Below, in pieces: positions 28,601 to 41,400 of a stretch of DNA of 64,000 nt; the first letter of the stretch is position 1; every line of letters begins with the position of its first letter. Made by a program: the position numbers and the translations under genes. Location: the NCBI GenBank assembly GCA_001643675.2, contig LSRY02000014.1, forward strand, positions 248,001 through 312,000. Direction: 5' to 3'. Origin of the DNA: Monocercomonoides exilis PA203 (Eukaryota > Protista > Preaxostyla). The notes below the pieces were generated by a model. That model did no database searches and was not told the DNA's origin. It worked only from the letters and a program-made list of their open reading frames with translations.

Positions 28601-31600
28601 TTCTTCTTCTCATCATCATTCTGTTCAGAGTTGTTCTCTTTGATCATTTCATCAACAAGCTTCTTCTGCGAAGACGGAATTGCAATCGACATCGCCCTCA
28701 TCTTTGTGGCCTGTGTGATTGCCACGTTTATCTCCTGCCTCTGCCCAATCACTTGCTCTGCTGCTTTCTCTGCCTCCATCGCTGCACTGAACACAGCAAG
28801 TGCCGAGGCAGGCGAAGGAAGCAGAGGGTGCGTGACGATGATGAGACTGTCTGTGACAGAATCCCAGCTGATTGACTCGACAACTGGATGGTGGAATGTG
28901 GGGGAGAGAGAGGCCAATGAAGAGACAGAGCTTGAGAGAGAAGAAGGAGAAAGAGCAGAAGACGTGGCAGGCACCGAATCAGACAAGGATGTCATTGCAG
29001 GAAAGACGCGTGAGCCAGAAAATCCTCCAATGGCAGGAGAAAGTGAGTTGGAGGAGAAGTAGGAAGAGGCAGCAGCAAATGACAATTGGATGGAAGGAGA
29101 GAGGTGAGACGGAGTGATGACAGTCAGGCACTCCATTGTGTCTAATCTGATGAGTGAGACAGCGCCGTCAGAAGAGATCGATGCAAAGAGAGACGACCAG
29201 CGCTGAATGAGATCGTTCTGCGCAGCAAAAGCAGACGAGGCAGCAGAAGAAGACAAGCCAGTTGAATCTGAAAAGGCAACATCATCTCCCAATTGTGATG
29301 CACCCATCTGAGAGGAAGGTAAGGCGAATGAAGAGTGAGTTACCAAAGGAGAAGCAGCAGAGGAAGAGGAAGCGATCAAGAAAGAGCGGACAAACGACGA
29401 GAGAAGAGAGGAGCCGTGGTTCATCCGTGTCAGCCCACGAGCCCTCTTCCGATCGATGGAAGATGTGCTGTGTGCAGCAGGAGAGCGGAGAGAGTCTCTG
29501 ATGGAAGACCAATACGACTTGGATGAAGAGGAAGAAGAGGAAGAAGAAGAAGAAGAGGCAGAAGCAACAGAAGAAGAAGAGGAAGAAGAGCGAGGAGAAG
29601 AGTAAGACTCCTTCAGCTTTGTGAGGAGATGTTTGATCTCTTTCAGGGCAGTTAAGTCGTATTGCCCTCTCCATCTCAGATTGAGTCTGCGCCCGCCACG
29701 TGATGCAACCACTGCATTCATCAGAAGAGAAGAAGAAGGAGAAGGAGATGTGGCTGGCATTGAAGAAGAAGAAGAAGTGGAAGAAGTGGAAGAAGAGAGA
29801 GAAGGAGAAGAGCCTGAAGAGTATGCACCAGCTGGGAAGGAAGAGAGATAGTTCACAGAAGGAGAAGGAGATGCGGAGCTTGTTCTTGGCGAGGATGAAG
29901 GTGATAAAGAGCGCTGAGGCGGGTTTATTCCATAAGACGCTGCCTGTATGTCTCCAAAGGGAGAAAGTGTTCGATTATTCTTCTTTGCAAATGCTGCAGA
30001 TGCGAACGAAGAAGACGCGGAGACAGAGAAAAAGGGAGAGTGGTTGTGGATTCTCCCGCTGTGAGGCCTTCGAAATGCTCTTTCCCAGCCATCGACTGCA
30101 ACATACAGTCTCTTTGCCTTCTTCTCTTCTTCTTCGCGAAGAAGCTTTTCTTGTCGCCTCACTTCTTTTAACAGCTGCTTCACCCCTTTTTTCTCCTCGT
30201 TCATCTCAAAATCACTCAGCCCACTCGACTCGCTGTCGTCTTGTTCATTCTCTCTTTCTCTCGCTCTATCGCCAAAGAAATCACCAAAGGCAGGCAAGCC
30301 AGCAGCAGACAACGATGACGAAGAAGATGAAGGGAAAGAAGAAGAAGAAGAATTTGAAGAAGAGCCATTCCATCCACTTCCTCTGTCCAGCAGGCGGTGT
30401 GTATTGCCATCGATGAACGAGATAGGCAGATCACCTTCAGGTGAAAGGGTCTCAAGCAGAGCAGAAGAAGAGAGTTGGTAGTCTTTCTGGAACAAGCGGA
30501 GGAAGCGTGCTTCAGAATGAGACAGAGAGAAAGGTAGAGGCTGGTGAATGTGTTGTATTTGAAGTTGTTGAGGGGGATTGGAAGAAGAAGAAGGCAATGA
30601 AAGATTCTTTGTTAGATAAGAAGGAGTCAAATTGTGTGAAGGATGCATAGAAACAGGAGGAAGGGAGCTGGTATCAGTCAATCCACGTGTAGGTGACAGA
30701 CGAGAAGAAGGGAACAAATACATCGAATGCGAAGGGACATGCTTGAGACGGACATCCTTTGCAGTTATCTGAGCAGACATTTGTGTGGGCGTGGAGGATG
30801 TTGGGGTGGAAGAGAGAGATTGAGAGGAAGAGGAAGAGGAAGAAGAAGGGGTATGTGATGATATCATGCTGACTCCAGATGAAGAGAGAGGCCTGGGAGA
30901 AGTTGAAAGAGAAGGAAAACTCATCCCGATCTTCGATGCATCCGATGCAGGAGGTGGAAGATGGATGGAGGAAAGACCAGAAAACGAGGAAGAGGCAACA
31001 GGATTTGAAGAAGACAAAGAAGAAGAAGAGAAGACTTCGTTTTGTGCAGAAGCCAACTGCTGTTGCTGGAGCATGATGAGAGGAGGAGGGGTGGATAGAT
31101 CTGAGTATTTGTCAGCTGATGTGTTCATTGAAGGATATGCATCGTATGCGAGTGAGGGAGACTGCGACAGAAAGACAGGAGAGCTGCGAGGGGAAGGAGG
31201 TGGCGGCGGAGAGAGAGAGAGAGGAGGAGAGAGTGAATACACAACGCCCACTTCTCTCTGTAGCTCGCCTGTCTCATCAGAACGAGATGGGTCTGATGAA
31301 AAAGAGGAGGACGCATTGGAAGAGGAAGCAGAGGAAGATGAGGATGAGGAAGATGAAGGAAGAATGGAGATGATCTGAGCTGTTGATAAGAAGTCTTCAG
31401 TGTCTTGTGTGTTCTTGTTATTCTCAGATGCTGAAGATGCATCAGAAAACTGAGCAGCTGAAGAAATAGAAGCAGACACATCTGAAGTGGCATTAGCCAA
31501 TCCAGTTTGTTTCTCTCCTTTTTTATCTTCCTTCTCCTTCTCCTTCTCCTTTTTCTCCTTCTCCTTCTCCTTCTCTCTTCTCTTCTTCGCCTCCTCTTTG

Positions 31601-34159
31601 ATCTTGTCCCACCAGCTCTTGTTCCTCATCCTCTCGTCCTCGTCCCAGATGAACCTGTCTCTCATATTCCTCAGCTCATATTCCTCTTCAAAGACAGGCG
31701 GAGAAGAAAAGGCAACCACAGGTGCTGAGTGCTGAGTAAAGACATGCAGACACACATTCACTCGGTGCAGCCACACAGACACACTGCAGGGAGGGAGAGA
31801 GTGGAGAGAGGTGGGGAGAGAAGAAGGAGAAGAGGAAGAAGAAGAGTTACTTGAATTTGACTGATTGGATGCTTGTGAAGGAGATCCACCTGTTCCAACG
31901 AGAAGGAGATGAGGATATTGAGGAGGGATGTACATGGCAGTCACTGGCACTCTGCTGTCCAATGGAAGAGAGAGATGGAACATCGATGAAGGTTCAGAAG
32001 AAGAAGGAGAGGAAGAAGAAGATGATGATGATGAGGAGGAGGAGGAGGATGGGATAATGTCATGATGAGATGTCTGAGAAACGTCCTTTTGTTGTGATGT
32101 TTCTGTCTTTGGAGTTGCAGATGAGATTTGTGGAGTCTGTGAAGAAGTAACTGAAGAAGTTGTTTGTTGTGGAGAAGAAGACAAGACAGTTGAATTTTCA
32201 TCGGATTGAGCATCAGATTGTGGAATAGCACCAAACTGTAAGTTTTGTGTTTCTATCTTTGTTTTTTGCTCGGTCTTTTGAGTTCTGTTCTTGTTCTTGC
32301 TGATGTTGTTATGTCTGTGTATGTGTTTATGCTGATGCTGATGAGATGAATCATTTTTATGTGGTTGATGTTCATATTTCGTATTTCTCTTATCAAAATT
32401 TCTTGGGAGCAGTTCATATGAAGAATGCGATGTTACATTTGGCACTTGTTCAGAGTATCTATTGAACAATGTTGTGTTAGAGAAATGGTGGCTTTGCTGT
32501 TGAGGCAGAGAAAGTGAGTGGAAAAGAAGAGTGAAGTGATGATGGAGAGAATGAACCAGACGAACACGAGGAGCTGCTGGGTGATAGCTGTTTTGAGGAG
32601 AATAATCGGGCACAGTGAAATCTAATGTTTGAGAGTAAAATAGAGAAGATGATGCAGAAGAGGATGAGGAAGAAGAAGAAGAGGATGGTGAAGGTGAAGG
32701 TGAAGGTGATTGCTTAGATGGAAGAGCATTTGATGTAAGTGATGGATTAAATGGAGAAGATGTTGCAACAATTGAAGCAGAAGATGGAGAAATGGCAGTC
32801 TTTGCAGGATACATCATGTCAGACTTCGAGAACACAGACAGGTTAGTTCCTTGTGTGACAGCAGAGTTTGTGTCTGTTTGAGAAGCCAAATCAGAAGAAG
32901 ACGAGGCAGACGAAGATGAAAGGGCAGACTGAATTTGTTGCTGAAGCAGATGTGACGCAGAGGCAGAGGAAGAAGCAGAGGAAGAGGCAGAAGCATTGGC
33001 AATGCTGGGAAATGAGAGTGAAGTGGCAACTGAAGCGAACGGTCTTTCTGGTTGAGTGAGTGTGCTGCTGCTCAAAACACCAGAGCCTGTAGAAGGAGCA
33101 ATTGTGGGTGTGATTTCATCTAAAGAGGCAGGAAAATCAGAAGAGGAATGCTCCACTGGGTTCAAAGAGTGTCTTGTTGTGTTGTCTTTGCCTGTCTTGT
33201 GATGAAGCATCTGATCTGTTTGTGTGTTGTTTGCAGCTGATGTGATCATGATGAGTGGCTGAGGTGGCTCTTCTTGTGCAGACTCAGCGAATGAATGAGA
33301 GGAAGCATCAGACATGTTGCTCTGCTGCTTGGGTGAGACACTCACAAAGGCAGAAGTGCCATCCAAAGACAATGAACATGAAGATGGGGAAGAAGAAGAT
33401 GTTGTTGTTGTTGTTGTGTTTGAAGGAGTAGCAGATAGCGAAAGAGGCACAGCAGACAGAGTGAAATCAGGTGAATTAGACGAATCAATAGAAGCAACAG
33501 ATGGAACATTCTGAGTGACAGAATTAGACTCATCAGTCAATTGAATGCCTCCTTCAGCATAAGAAGGCACAGGATATGTTTTGTGTGGTGACACATTAAA
33601 TTCTTCAGATGCAGCTGATGTGCTGTTAGCCAATGAAGATTGAGGCTGATGTTGATGTTGATTCTGCTCAACAGAAAGGACAGAGGTTCCGTTGGAGACA
33701 GAAGGAGAGGAAGGTAAATGAGGAGGAGATGGAGGAGGAGGAGGAGGAGGAGGAGGAGACGATACAATGGAAGGAGCAGTGCTGAACACGTTGAAAGGGA
33801 AAGGGACGGTGTGTGAGTGGAGAACAGACAAAGGTGAAGTGAGAGAGATCGATGGAGGCGAAGAGAAAGGAGGATGGGGCATGAATGGATTGGCTAGTAA
33901 TTTGGCAGTTTCACGCTGCTCATTCAAGAACAGAGGGAAAGGTGAAATGTCAATTGAGGAAGAGATGTTTGTGTCTGGATTGTTGGTCACAGACAATAAA
34001 GAAGAAGAAGAAGAAGAAGATGATGATGATGATTCATTGTTTGAGCATATTCCTCTGTGAAGAAGATAATAAGGCGCATTGCGAGGGATCTGAAGAATGG
34101 AAGATGTTACACAAGCTGTATCATCAGAGGAAGAGGCAGATATCGATGAAGAGTGCTTC

Positions 34160-34199
<40 letters not shown>

Positions 34200-36371
34200 C
34201 ATGAGATGGTGAAGAATTCGTAGATGGCTGCTCAGACGCTCCAAAAGCCGATGCAAAAGAGGAAGAAACCTGATTCACAAACTTATATGTCTTTCTCACT
34301 TTGGCCGGTTGCTGATGAGATTCCACCTCCTTCAGTGCAGATCCTTTCAACCGACCAGAATCGCTTCCAGCAACTGAAGTAAATGAAGAAGACAGAGACA
34401 GAAGAGTCGAAGGGGAAGAATGAGTCGAAGGCAACGGGTCAGAAATGTTGATGATTGAAGTGTGGTGGATGCGCCCGTCGAGAGAGGCAGCCAGAATGTC
34501 GCCTTCGTCAGTGATGGATATCGGCACTTCCAACATAGACACAGTCGCAGGCGACAGAAAAGGCAGTGGAAAGTCTGCTGCTTCGTTGGCGTGTGTGTCA
34601 AATGCTTCTCCACTTTGAAAGAAAGGAGCGAAATTTTTCTTGTTTGAGATTTGTTTGCTGGAATGAGAAGGAGGGAAGGCTGGAGTGCTGTTCATGGAGA
34701 GTGCAGAGCGGACAGAATAAGGTTCACGCGAGAAAAAAGTGATGTCAGTCAGCCGAGCAACCAGCTCGTCGCCACGAACAGAAGGAGAACACGAAGAAGA
34801 ACCCTGCTTTGCAGTGGAAGAAGGTGATTTGTGTGATTCATTGTGGATCGGAGAATTATCAGTTGCTTGAGATTGCATCTGTTTTGCAGGCTGATTATCA
34901 GTTTTAGATGGCAATGAAGAGCTAATCAACGACGGAATACTCCTTTTCAGCCAGGCAGAGCTGTCGTCCACACAAATGCGCCGCTTTGATAAAGAGAACA
35001 AAAACATCATCGGATGGGATGTGTAGAGAACGATGCAGTTTCCGCATATGTGCCCACCTTTCCAGTAGATGTTATAAGTCTTTTTCGGTACGTTCTCACT
35101 GGATGAATCAGATTTGCTCTCCAAAGCTGACCTCGCTTTGTCATTTGGTTTTTGAAGCGCGTCATGTTTATCTGCCTTCTTGTCAATCCGAATTTTGCTG
35201 CTTTTTGTGAGGACCGATGCTTCATGGCGTTGCTTCCAGCCAAAAATGTCTTTCCATTTGACATTTTTCGGAGAATGGATTACAAGAACTGGTACATATA
35301 AAGCAGTATCATCAAAGTTTGAGCAAATTGACTTGTCCAAATTCATTGATGAAAATTGAGCTGTGGATAAAAGCAAAACTGCTTTCTGAGGCATTGTAAG
35401 AAGTAAAAATGTGGAATCTGCTGATGATGTTAGCGTCCCATCGCGTGTCAATGAAGATTCTGTTTCTGTCAGCGACTCATGTTTTGTCTCTTGATTCGCA
35501 TTTGTTTCAATTATTCTGTCTGAAACTATATGATCAAGTGGATTTTCACTTATTACTTCAAAAGCCGAGCATAACGTAAGTGCCTTAGGAAGCATTATAC
35601 CATTGCAAGGCATTATACGTTCAGGAACTCCTTCTCCAATCTGTTGTAACGAGAAAAATAATATCTGTTGGTCCAGCCCAAATGAAGCCAAAACTGTTTT
35701 TAAAAAATATCGGGAAAAACATGAGAAAGCGATGAAAAAATAAAAACGTATTTGTAGCACACGATTTTTACCATTTCCAGAAGTTAAGCATAAACTTCGC
35801 ACCCAATCAGTGTGCCCAACGCAAACGCACGTAATTCGCAATAAAAAAGGATCTAAGACATATATTTCATTAAACCATCCAATAATTGCAACCAATCCAA
35901 AAGGAATTGAAAAAGCCTTTGATGGTTTTCCCCCTGAAAAAAAAATTTTTTTATTATTACCAAAAAACTTGGTCATTTTCAAACATGGAAATTGAATAGC
36001 ACCAAAAAGAGATCCACTTTCTAGATCCCATATGTATATATCGGCGTTGTCATGAACTAATTTATAAAATCGCGAAATTTCAAAAGCGAACAATAATTGA
36101 AAACATTCATCTACAAACCACAGACAGAAAAACAATGCATTTTTGTGTTTGAAATGCATAATGATACAATAGGGGAGCATGAAGAAGCAATCATCACTGA
36201 TTGAGGTGTGTACACAGTTTGTTGAAAAGGAGATTTTTCTTTTATCCAGCGGCATGCCATTCCAGTCAAGCACCCAGTCACAACTGCAGTTCCATCTATA
36301 GAACGAGCTATAGATGTAATTTTATGTGATGGAATTTGTGACCAGATGACAAAAGGAAGGCGAAGGGTCAT
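18038..36371 (-). CDS. WDR7: WDR7/WDR72 (Rabconnectin-3 beta)-like WD40 protein, ~6000 aa, about 5 exons
   Basis: The N-terminus 'MTLRLPFVIWSQIPSHKITSIARSIDGTAVVTGCLTGMACRW' and the C-terminal WD40s 'RVVIGLANGSIEVW...HSSPITCIAMSPDGKLCAAF...ISVWKV' resemble the two ends of WDR7 as I recall them. Introns 36118-36057, 35984-35934, ~35762-35694 and 25013-24874 join three ORFs in frame; spliced length 18012 nt = 6003 aa plus stop. Confidence 0.8.
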
Positions 36372-36495
36372 CAAGAAAAAACAATACTGATCTGAAACAT
36401 AAAAAAATAATTTGAAAAAATGATTTTTATTTTTTATATCAACTGAAAATATCCCCATGAGCTCATTATCAAATTTATTCAAAGTTAAAATAAAT

Positions 36496-36530
36496 GGTTA
36501 ATCACAACTTTAAGGAACATTCAGAAACTC

Positions 36531-36567
<37 letters not shown>

Positions 36568-36652
36568 GATTTTTTTTTGGATTTTTTTTTGGATTTTTTT
36601 TTAATTTTTTTTGGATTATTTTTGGATTTTTTTGTGATGGAATGATTTAATA
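36496..36652 (+). repeat. Left TIR, with internal expansion of poly-T and GGA(T)n units
   Basis: Aligns to the right TIR; the single T-tract/GGA unit of the right copy is expanded here to a ~35-nt T run plus several GGAT(n) units. Confidence 0.85.
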
Positions 36653-37649
36653 GGGAATGAGGGTACATAGCGACCGGTATAAAAATTGTGTTTGAGAAGA
36701 ACAATTTACATTGAAAACCCTATTTACGGATGTTTAAATTCTCAAATAGGAAAAACATTCGAGAAAAAATAAAAAATTTTTTGTATTTATAAAGCAGGAG
36801 TTATTAAAAATCAATGATCGAACCCCATAGATATATTGGAGAAATAATTTTTTTTTGGTTTTTATTGGAAATAAGGATTTCTTCTTTGACAATGTGTTTA
36901 TTAGGGTTATGTTTAACGAAAACATTTCAATTAATCAACTGATTAGGGTTTTTAATTAAAAGTGAGGAAGTTTTGTAAATAAATACTCCTGTTGGATTTT
37001 AAAGATAGCTTTTCTCAGTTTTTAATCACTATTATACGAAAATCACTTTCGAAATATCATAATTGCATTCATTAGCAATAGTATAAATTAATAAAAACAT
37101 GTGAAAAGACTTTTTAAACCGTTCGTTATCTGCCCACTTGCAATTTATACAATATGTCTAAATTTTTTTGAAAAGTGACATCAGATCAAAAATTTGACCC
37201 ATTGTGGTTAATTCAAAACCACTCCGTTACCATTATTCTCATCAAAAACGAAAAAATTCACTATAATGCTTATCAGTTCGTTGCAAACTTCTTTATGGAA
37301 AGAAAACTCTTGATGCCAAAAAATTATGTATCAAATTTTTTGATCAAAATTAAAATATTTGCTTTTCAATGAAAAAGGGTGTAACTTGATTGAACTTCTT
37401 TGCAGTTATTTATAAATGAAATTTCCAAGGTGCGTTTTGATTCTATTTCCTGATAAACTTGATTTTCAATGTAAATTCTAATTTTCATTCGAATAGAATT
37501 TTTCGTTTGCAATATGAACATGAACTTGACATCAATGCGAAAATTGAAGACATGCATTCGATACATTTGATCATTTGATAAATTTTAGTTGTTTGCATTT
37601 CATTTCTACAAAAATTTTTAATTCTTAATTTATTATTCGAACATGTATT

Positions 37650-38400
37650 TTTTTAATGAAAGATTCGCAGTTGACATCCAGCATTTGTTTTTTCAATTTC
37701 ATAATAGACAGAGATATGATTTCGAGAGCAATATCAGGATATTGAAGCATAAGTTCAAAGAACAGAGCGTCGATTATGTAATACGCAGAAAAAGGAAATG
37801 AAGTGAATGTGGAAGGATGTAATTTCGATGGCTGCTTTTGTTCAGCATCCAACGGATTGGGAGGAGGAATCCTTCTTCGATTATTGAATGAAAACCCCAA
37901 TTTCCTGATATCCTATTCATTTGGAACAAACACAGCCAAGTGGGGAAAAGATATCTTTGTTCTTTCTCCAAACCTTGAAGTGACTGCAAAATCGAAAAAG
38001 ATCTCGTGTGTGACAGATTCATCAGATTCTGCTGACAGAGCGGGAGGTTACGACAATGGAAATAACAGTGTGACCATTCCTCTGTGCATCTATCTCCTCC
38101 CAACTCCCGAAGAAATTCATGTGAGCAACACCGAGGCATCTGATCAATCGCGCTGTGGGATCGTCCAATTCACTTGCTTGACCTTGGGCCACTCCCTTAC
38201 ACGACTCACAAGTGAAAAGAAAGTTGTTGTCAGTGGAATGATTCAGATGAACGATGAACTGACCTTTGCCAGAAAGAAGCATAGGATCCGTGGAAACGAT
38301 GAAGTCAGCTGCTGGGCCATTTCCGATGCCAGCTCGTCATTAAGCTCTGCAATGATAACAGCAAGCGCTGAAACAGTTTTGTCAAAACTGATCTTCTTTC
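37650..38400 (+). pseudogene. Internal fragment of a Cys/Gly-rich surface receptor family gene (same family as 50122-62369)
   Basis: 'GGGILLRLLNENPNFLIS..NTAKWGKDIFVLSPNL...GYDNGNNSVTIPLCIYL...CGIVQFTCLTL' aligns by eye with 'GGILIKVVDADANFVVS...NSAEHGNDLFIESPNL...GFDGADRLNAIPLVYL...CGFVEYPCRTV' of the giant ORF. In-frame stops lie upstream of 37803; no signal peptide, TM helix or kinase part. Confidence 0.75.
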
Positions 38401-41400
38401 TTTCATCTTCTTTTTCTTCTTCCTCTTCTTCTCATCTATCTTCTCCTTCTCCTTCTTCTTCTCATCTATATTCTCCTTCTCCTTCTTCTTCTCATTCTTC
38501 TTCTTCCTCATCCTGTTCCTTTTCTCCTTCATCGCCATCCGACCGCAAGAAAATCATTGCTCGCTCTCTCAGAACATCTGCCTCCATCACACTCACAAAC
38601 AGCACTGTTATTGTATCCTTGTTCCAATTCAGAGAATTACACTTTTTTCAGATTATCTCAATCATTATCTCCACACTTGCCTGTCACACACAAATGTCTG
38701 TTAACCTTTCTGCAAACGCAGCTGCCACAAAATTATTAGCTCGCTTTATCGCATGTTCGGACTCAAAAGGAACAACCGTCATATACTCACATGCATCCCT
38801 ATCCGCCTCATCTCCTTTACACCCAAATAGATACAGCGTATAAACCAGGAAGAAATGGTGTTGCTCACTCAGAGCATATAGAAAAAACGCCAAGCGTTGA
38901 CATTTGTGATCTCGGTATTTATTCGTTAACTCGACTTGCCGGAACTTCGCAACTTGTGTCATCTCTTCCTCATTTCCGCAAAGAGCAGCAGAAGCAGTTG
39001 CATTGACAGCAGCAGCAGAAGAAGAAGATGTGATGAAGAAACAAAGTTGTATTGCACATCCTCTGCTGCCATCTTCAATTCCTTGGGAGCATCCATAGGA
39101 ACAACCGCTGAGAAAGCGTGGTCGGTTAGAAATGGAGTACGAAGCATTATAGCCGCGTAAACACATCGTCTGAACAGACTTCCACTGTCTTCTCAAATAA
39201 ACTCCTCTTCTGTACCGAGCCTCTTGTCTGACATGTTGAATGAACTCGCTTCCCCGCCTTCTGCACCTCTGCCTCCATTCACTCACCCTGCCAAATCAGT
39301 TGTTTATCTGCATCAGACGCCCCATCAGACACACACTCAAACGCATGCACTGACAGCATAGCTGAATAATTGCTCAGAATCACCTTCGCATAACCTTCTT
39401 CTATTCCTTCAATGAACTGCCGAACAACCTCGATTCCCTTCTCCGTTGTGAACTTTACCTTCACTGAATCATCCATGTGCAATACCTAACGACGCTGTAA
39501 CTCCACAGTACAATAACCATTGCTTCATCACAATTTGCACATTCACAATACGGTTCAGTTCATCCTTGCTGATAAAGATACCACACACAAACTCGTTCTC
39601 CTCTGCTTTGTGCTCAAACTATTCAACTTAGGCGTTAAACATAACCACAAAGTCTTCCACAATAGCCTGCTTTTTCACTGCTTCTTTCTCTGTCCCATGC
39701 TCAATGAGGAGCTCGCACTGCTCCAAAGTCAGATTCCTTTTCGGCTTTGCTCCTCAGCCGTATCTCCGCCATTTCATTTCATCTTGACACAGCTTATGGT
39801 CAGCAGCATGCACAGCTCTCCCAGCGCATCCAAAGTCTGCCCGTCTGCAATGCGCAAAAGCATCATTTGCTGATTGCCTTTAAAGTTAAAGACACTTCTC
39901 GTAATCTCTCAACCTGATAGGACAACCACAACATCCTACTCTTCTATCTGCACTCCCTTTTCCCTTCCTTTTCCTCCTCTTCCTCTATTTTTTCTTCTTC
40001 TGAAAAACCAACAAAATCAATTGCAACTTCAGCAAATTCAGCAATTTCAACTGCAAAATCAACTAAACCCACTGCAAAACCAACAGCTATTTCAAACATT
40101 TCAATCATTTCAGTCACAATTCCCCTACCAACATCAACATCAGCACTTGCAACAGCTACAAAACTTGCATATCACACAAAACTGGCTTGCTAATACTTCT
40201 CCTCTTTTTCTTCATCTTCCTCTTTTTCTTCCTCTTCCTCTTCTTCTTCTTCTCAATCTTCTTCTTCATTTTCTTCTCCTTCCTCCTCCTCTTCTTCTTC
40301 ATTTAATTCTTCTACTATTTCTTCTGCCTCTTCCTCAGCTTCTTCCACTCCTTCTTGTCCACCTCCTCCTCTTCTTTCTGATTCTTCTCTATTTTATTAG
40401 CCTTCTTCACCCTCTTTTTCCATTTCTTCTTATTCTTATTCTTCTCTTCTTCCCCCTGCTTTTCTTTCTCCTTCTTCTCCTTTTTTGAACCCTTCTCAAA
40501 CATCCAATAAAATGGATGATGCAATTCTTCCTCTGCCTTCTTTAACTTTATCCCCTTCTTCTTTTTCTTCTTGAAATTCATTGTCTTCTTCATCTCATTC
40601 TTTTTCTTCTTCCTCCTCCTCCTCCTCTTCCTCCTCTTCCTCCTCTTCCTCCTCTTCCTCCTCTTCCTTCTCAAAATCAATCGAACTACCCTTTCTACAC
40701 GATTCCTCATTCATCCTCAAATCATTCGTCAACATTTCCACCTGTTCGATATCTTTCCCCACTCCATCTAAACTTCCATCTGACGTTATGCCCAAATACA
40801 CATCTGTTGCTTCTTCTTCTGCTCTCCTGTTCTCCTGTTGGATACTATCAGATGGAGAAGAACTGTATACTTCTGGTTCCACTGGATGCTGCTTGTCCGC
40901 ACACGCCTCAGCCTCATCCTCTGTCCCCACCCCCGCCTTCACAAATCACAGCTGAGCCGGCTCAAGAGCCTCCACAACCAGCGGAGCCATCGCTTCTTCC
41001 AGCTTCACATGGTTTTCTTTGATTTTCTCCACAAACTCTCTACGTGCTGTCGGATACCCTCCTTTCTCCTCATTCCCATCACCTCCCTCTCTCCCTCCAT
41101 CTTTGCCTCCATTTTCTTCTCCCTCTTTGCCTCTCCTTTCTCCTTCCTCTGCCTCTTCCCGCTCCTCATACACAGCCAACGCAATCGCTGCAGGTGTCAG
41201 AACCACATCCTCCATCCTCAGCCCCGCTTCCGACAACCCCTTCTCCACAATCTCCCCCACTTATTACTTTGCAGCCCCTCTCCCCATAACTTCGTCGTCC
41301 AGCTTCACCACCACGCGCCTCGACTGAGGCGATCACCATATCTGCAGTGAAGGGTCAAACATAACGCATATCAACATGAATGCATTCAGATCCATCACCA

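Noticed and set aside
9560-35264. Dozens of overlapping poly-Glu, Lys/Arg and poly-Leu ORFs
   Set aside because: They are antisense or alternate-frame shadows of TCT/TCC/TCA poly-Ser tracts in the two giant genes.
18038-36273. ORFs 18038-24835 and 25003-36273 as two separate genes
   Set aside because: A 140-nt GT-AG intron joins them in frame, and WDR7-like N- and C-termini lie at opposite ends.
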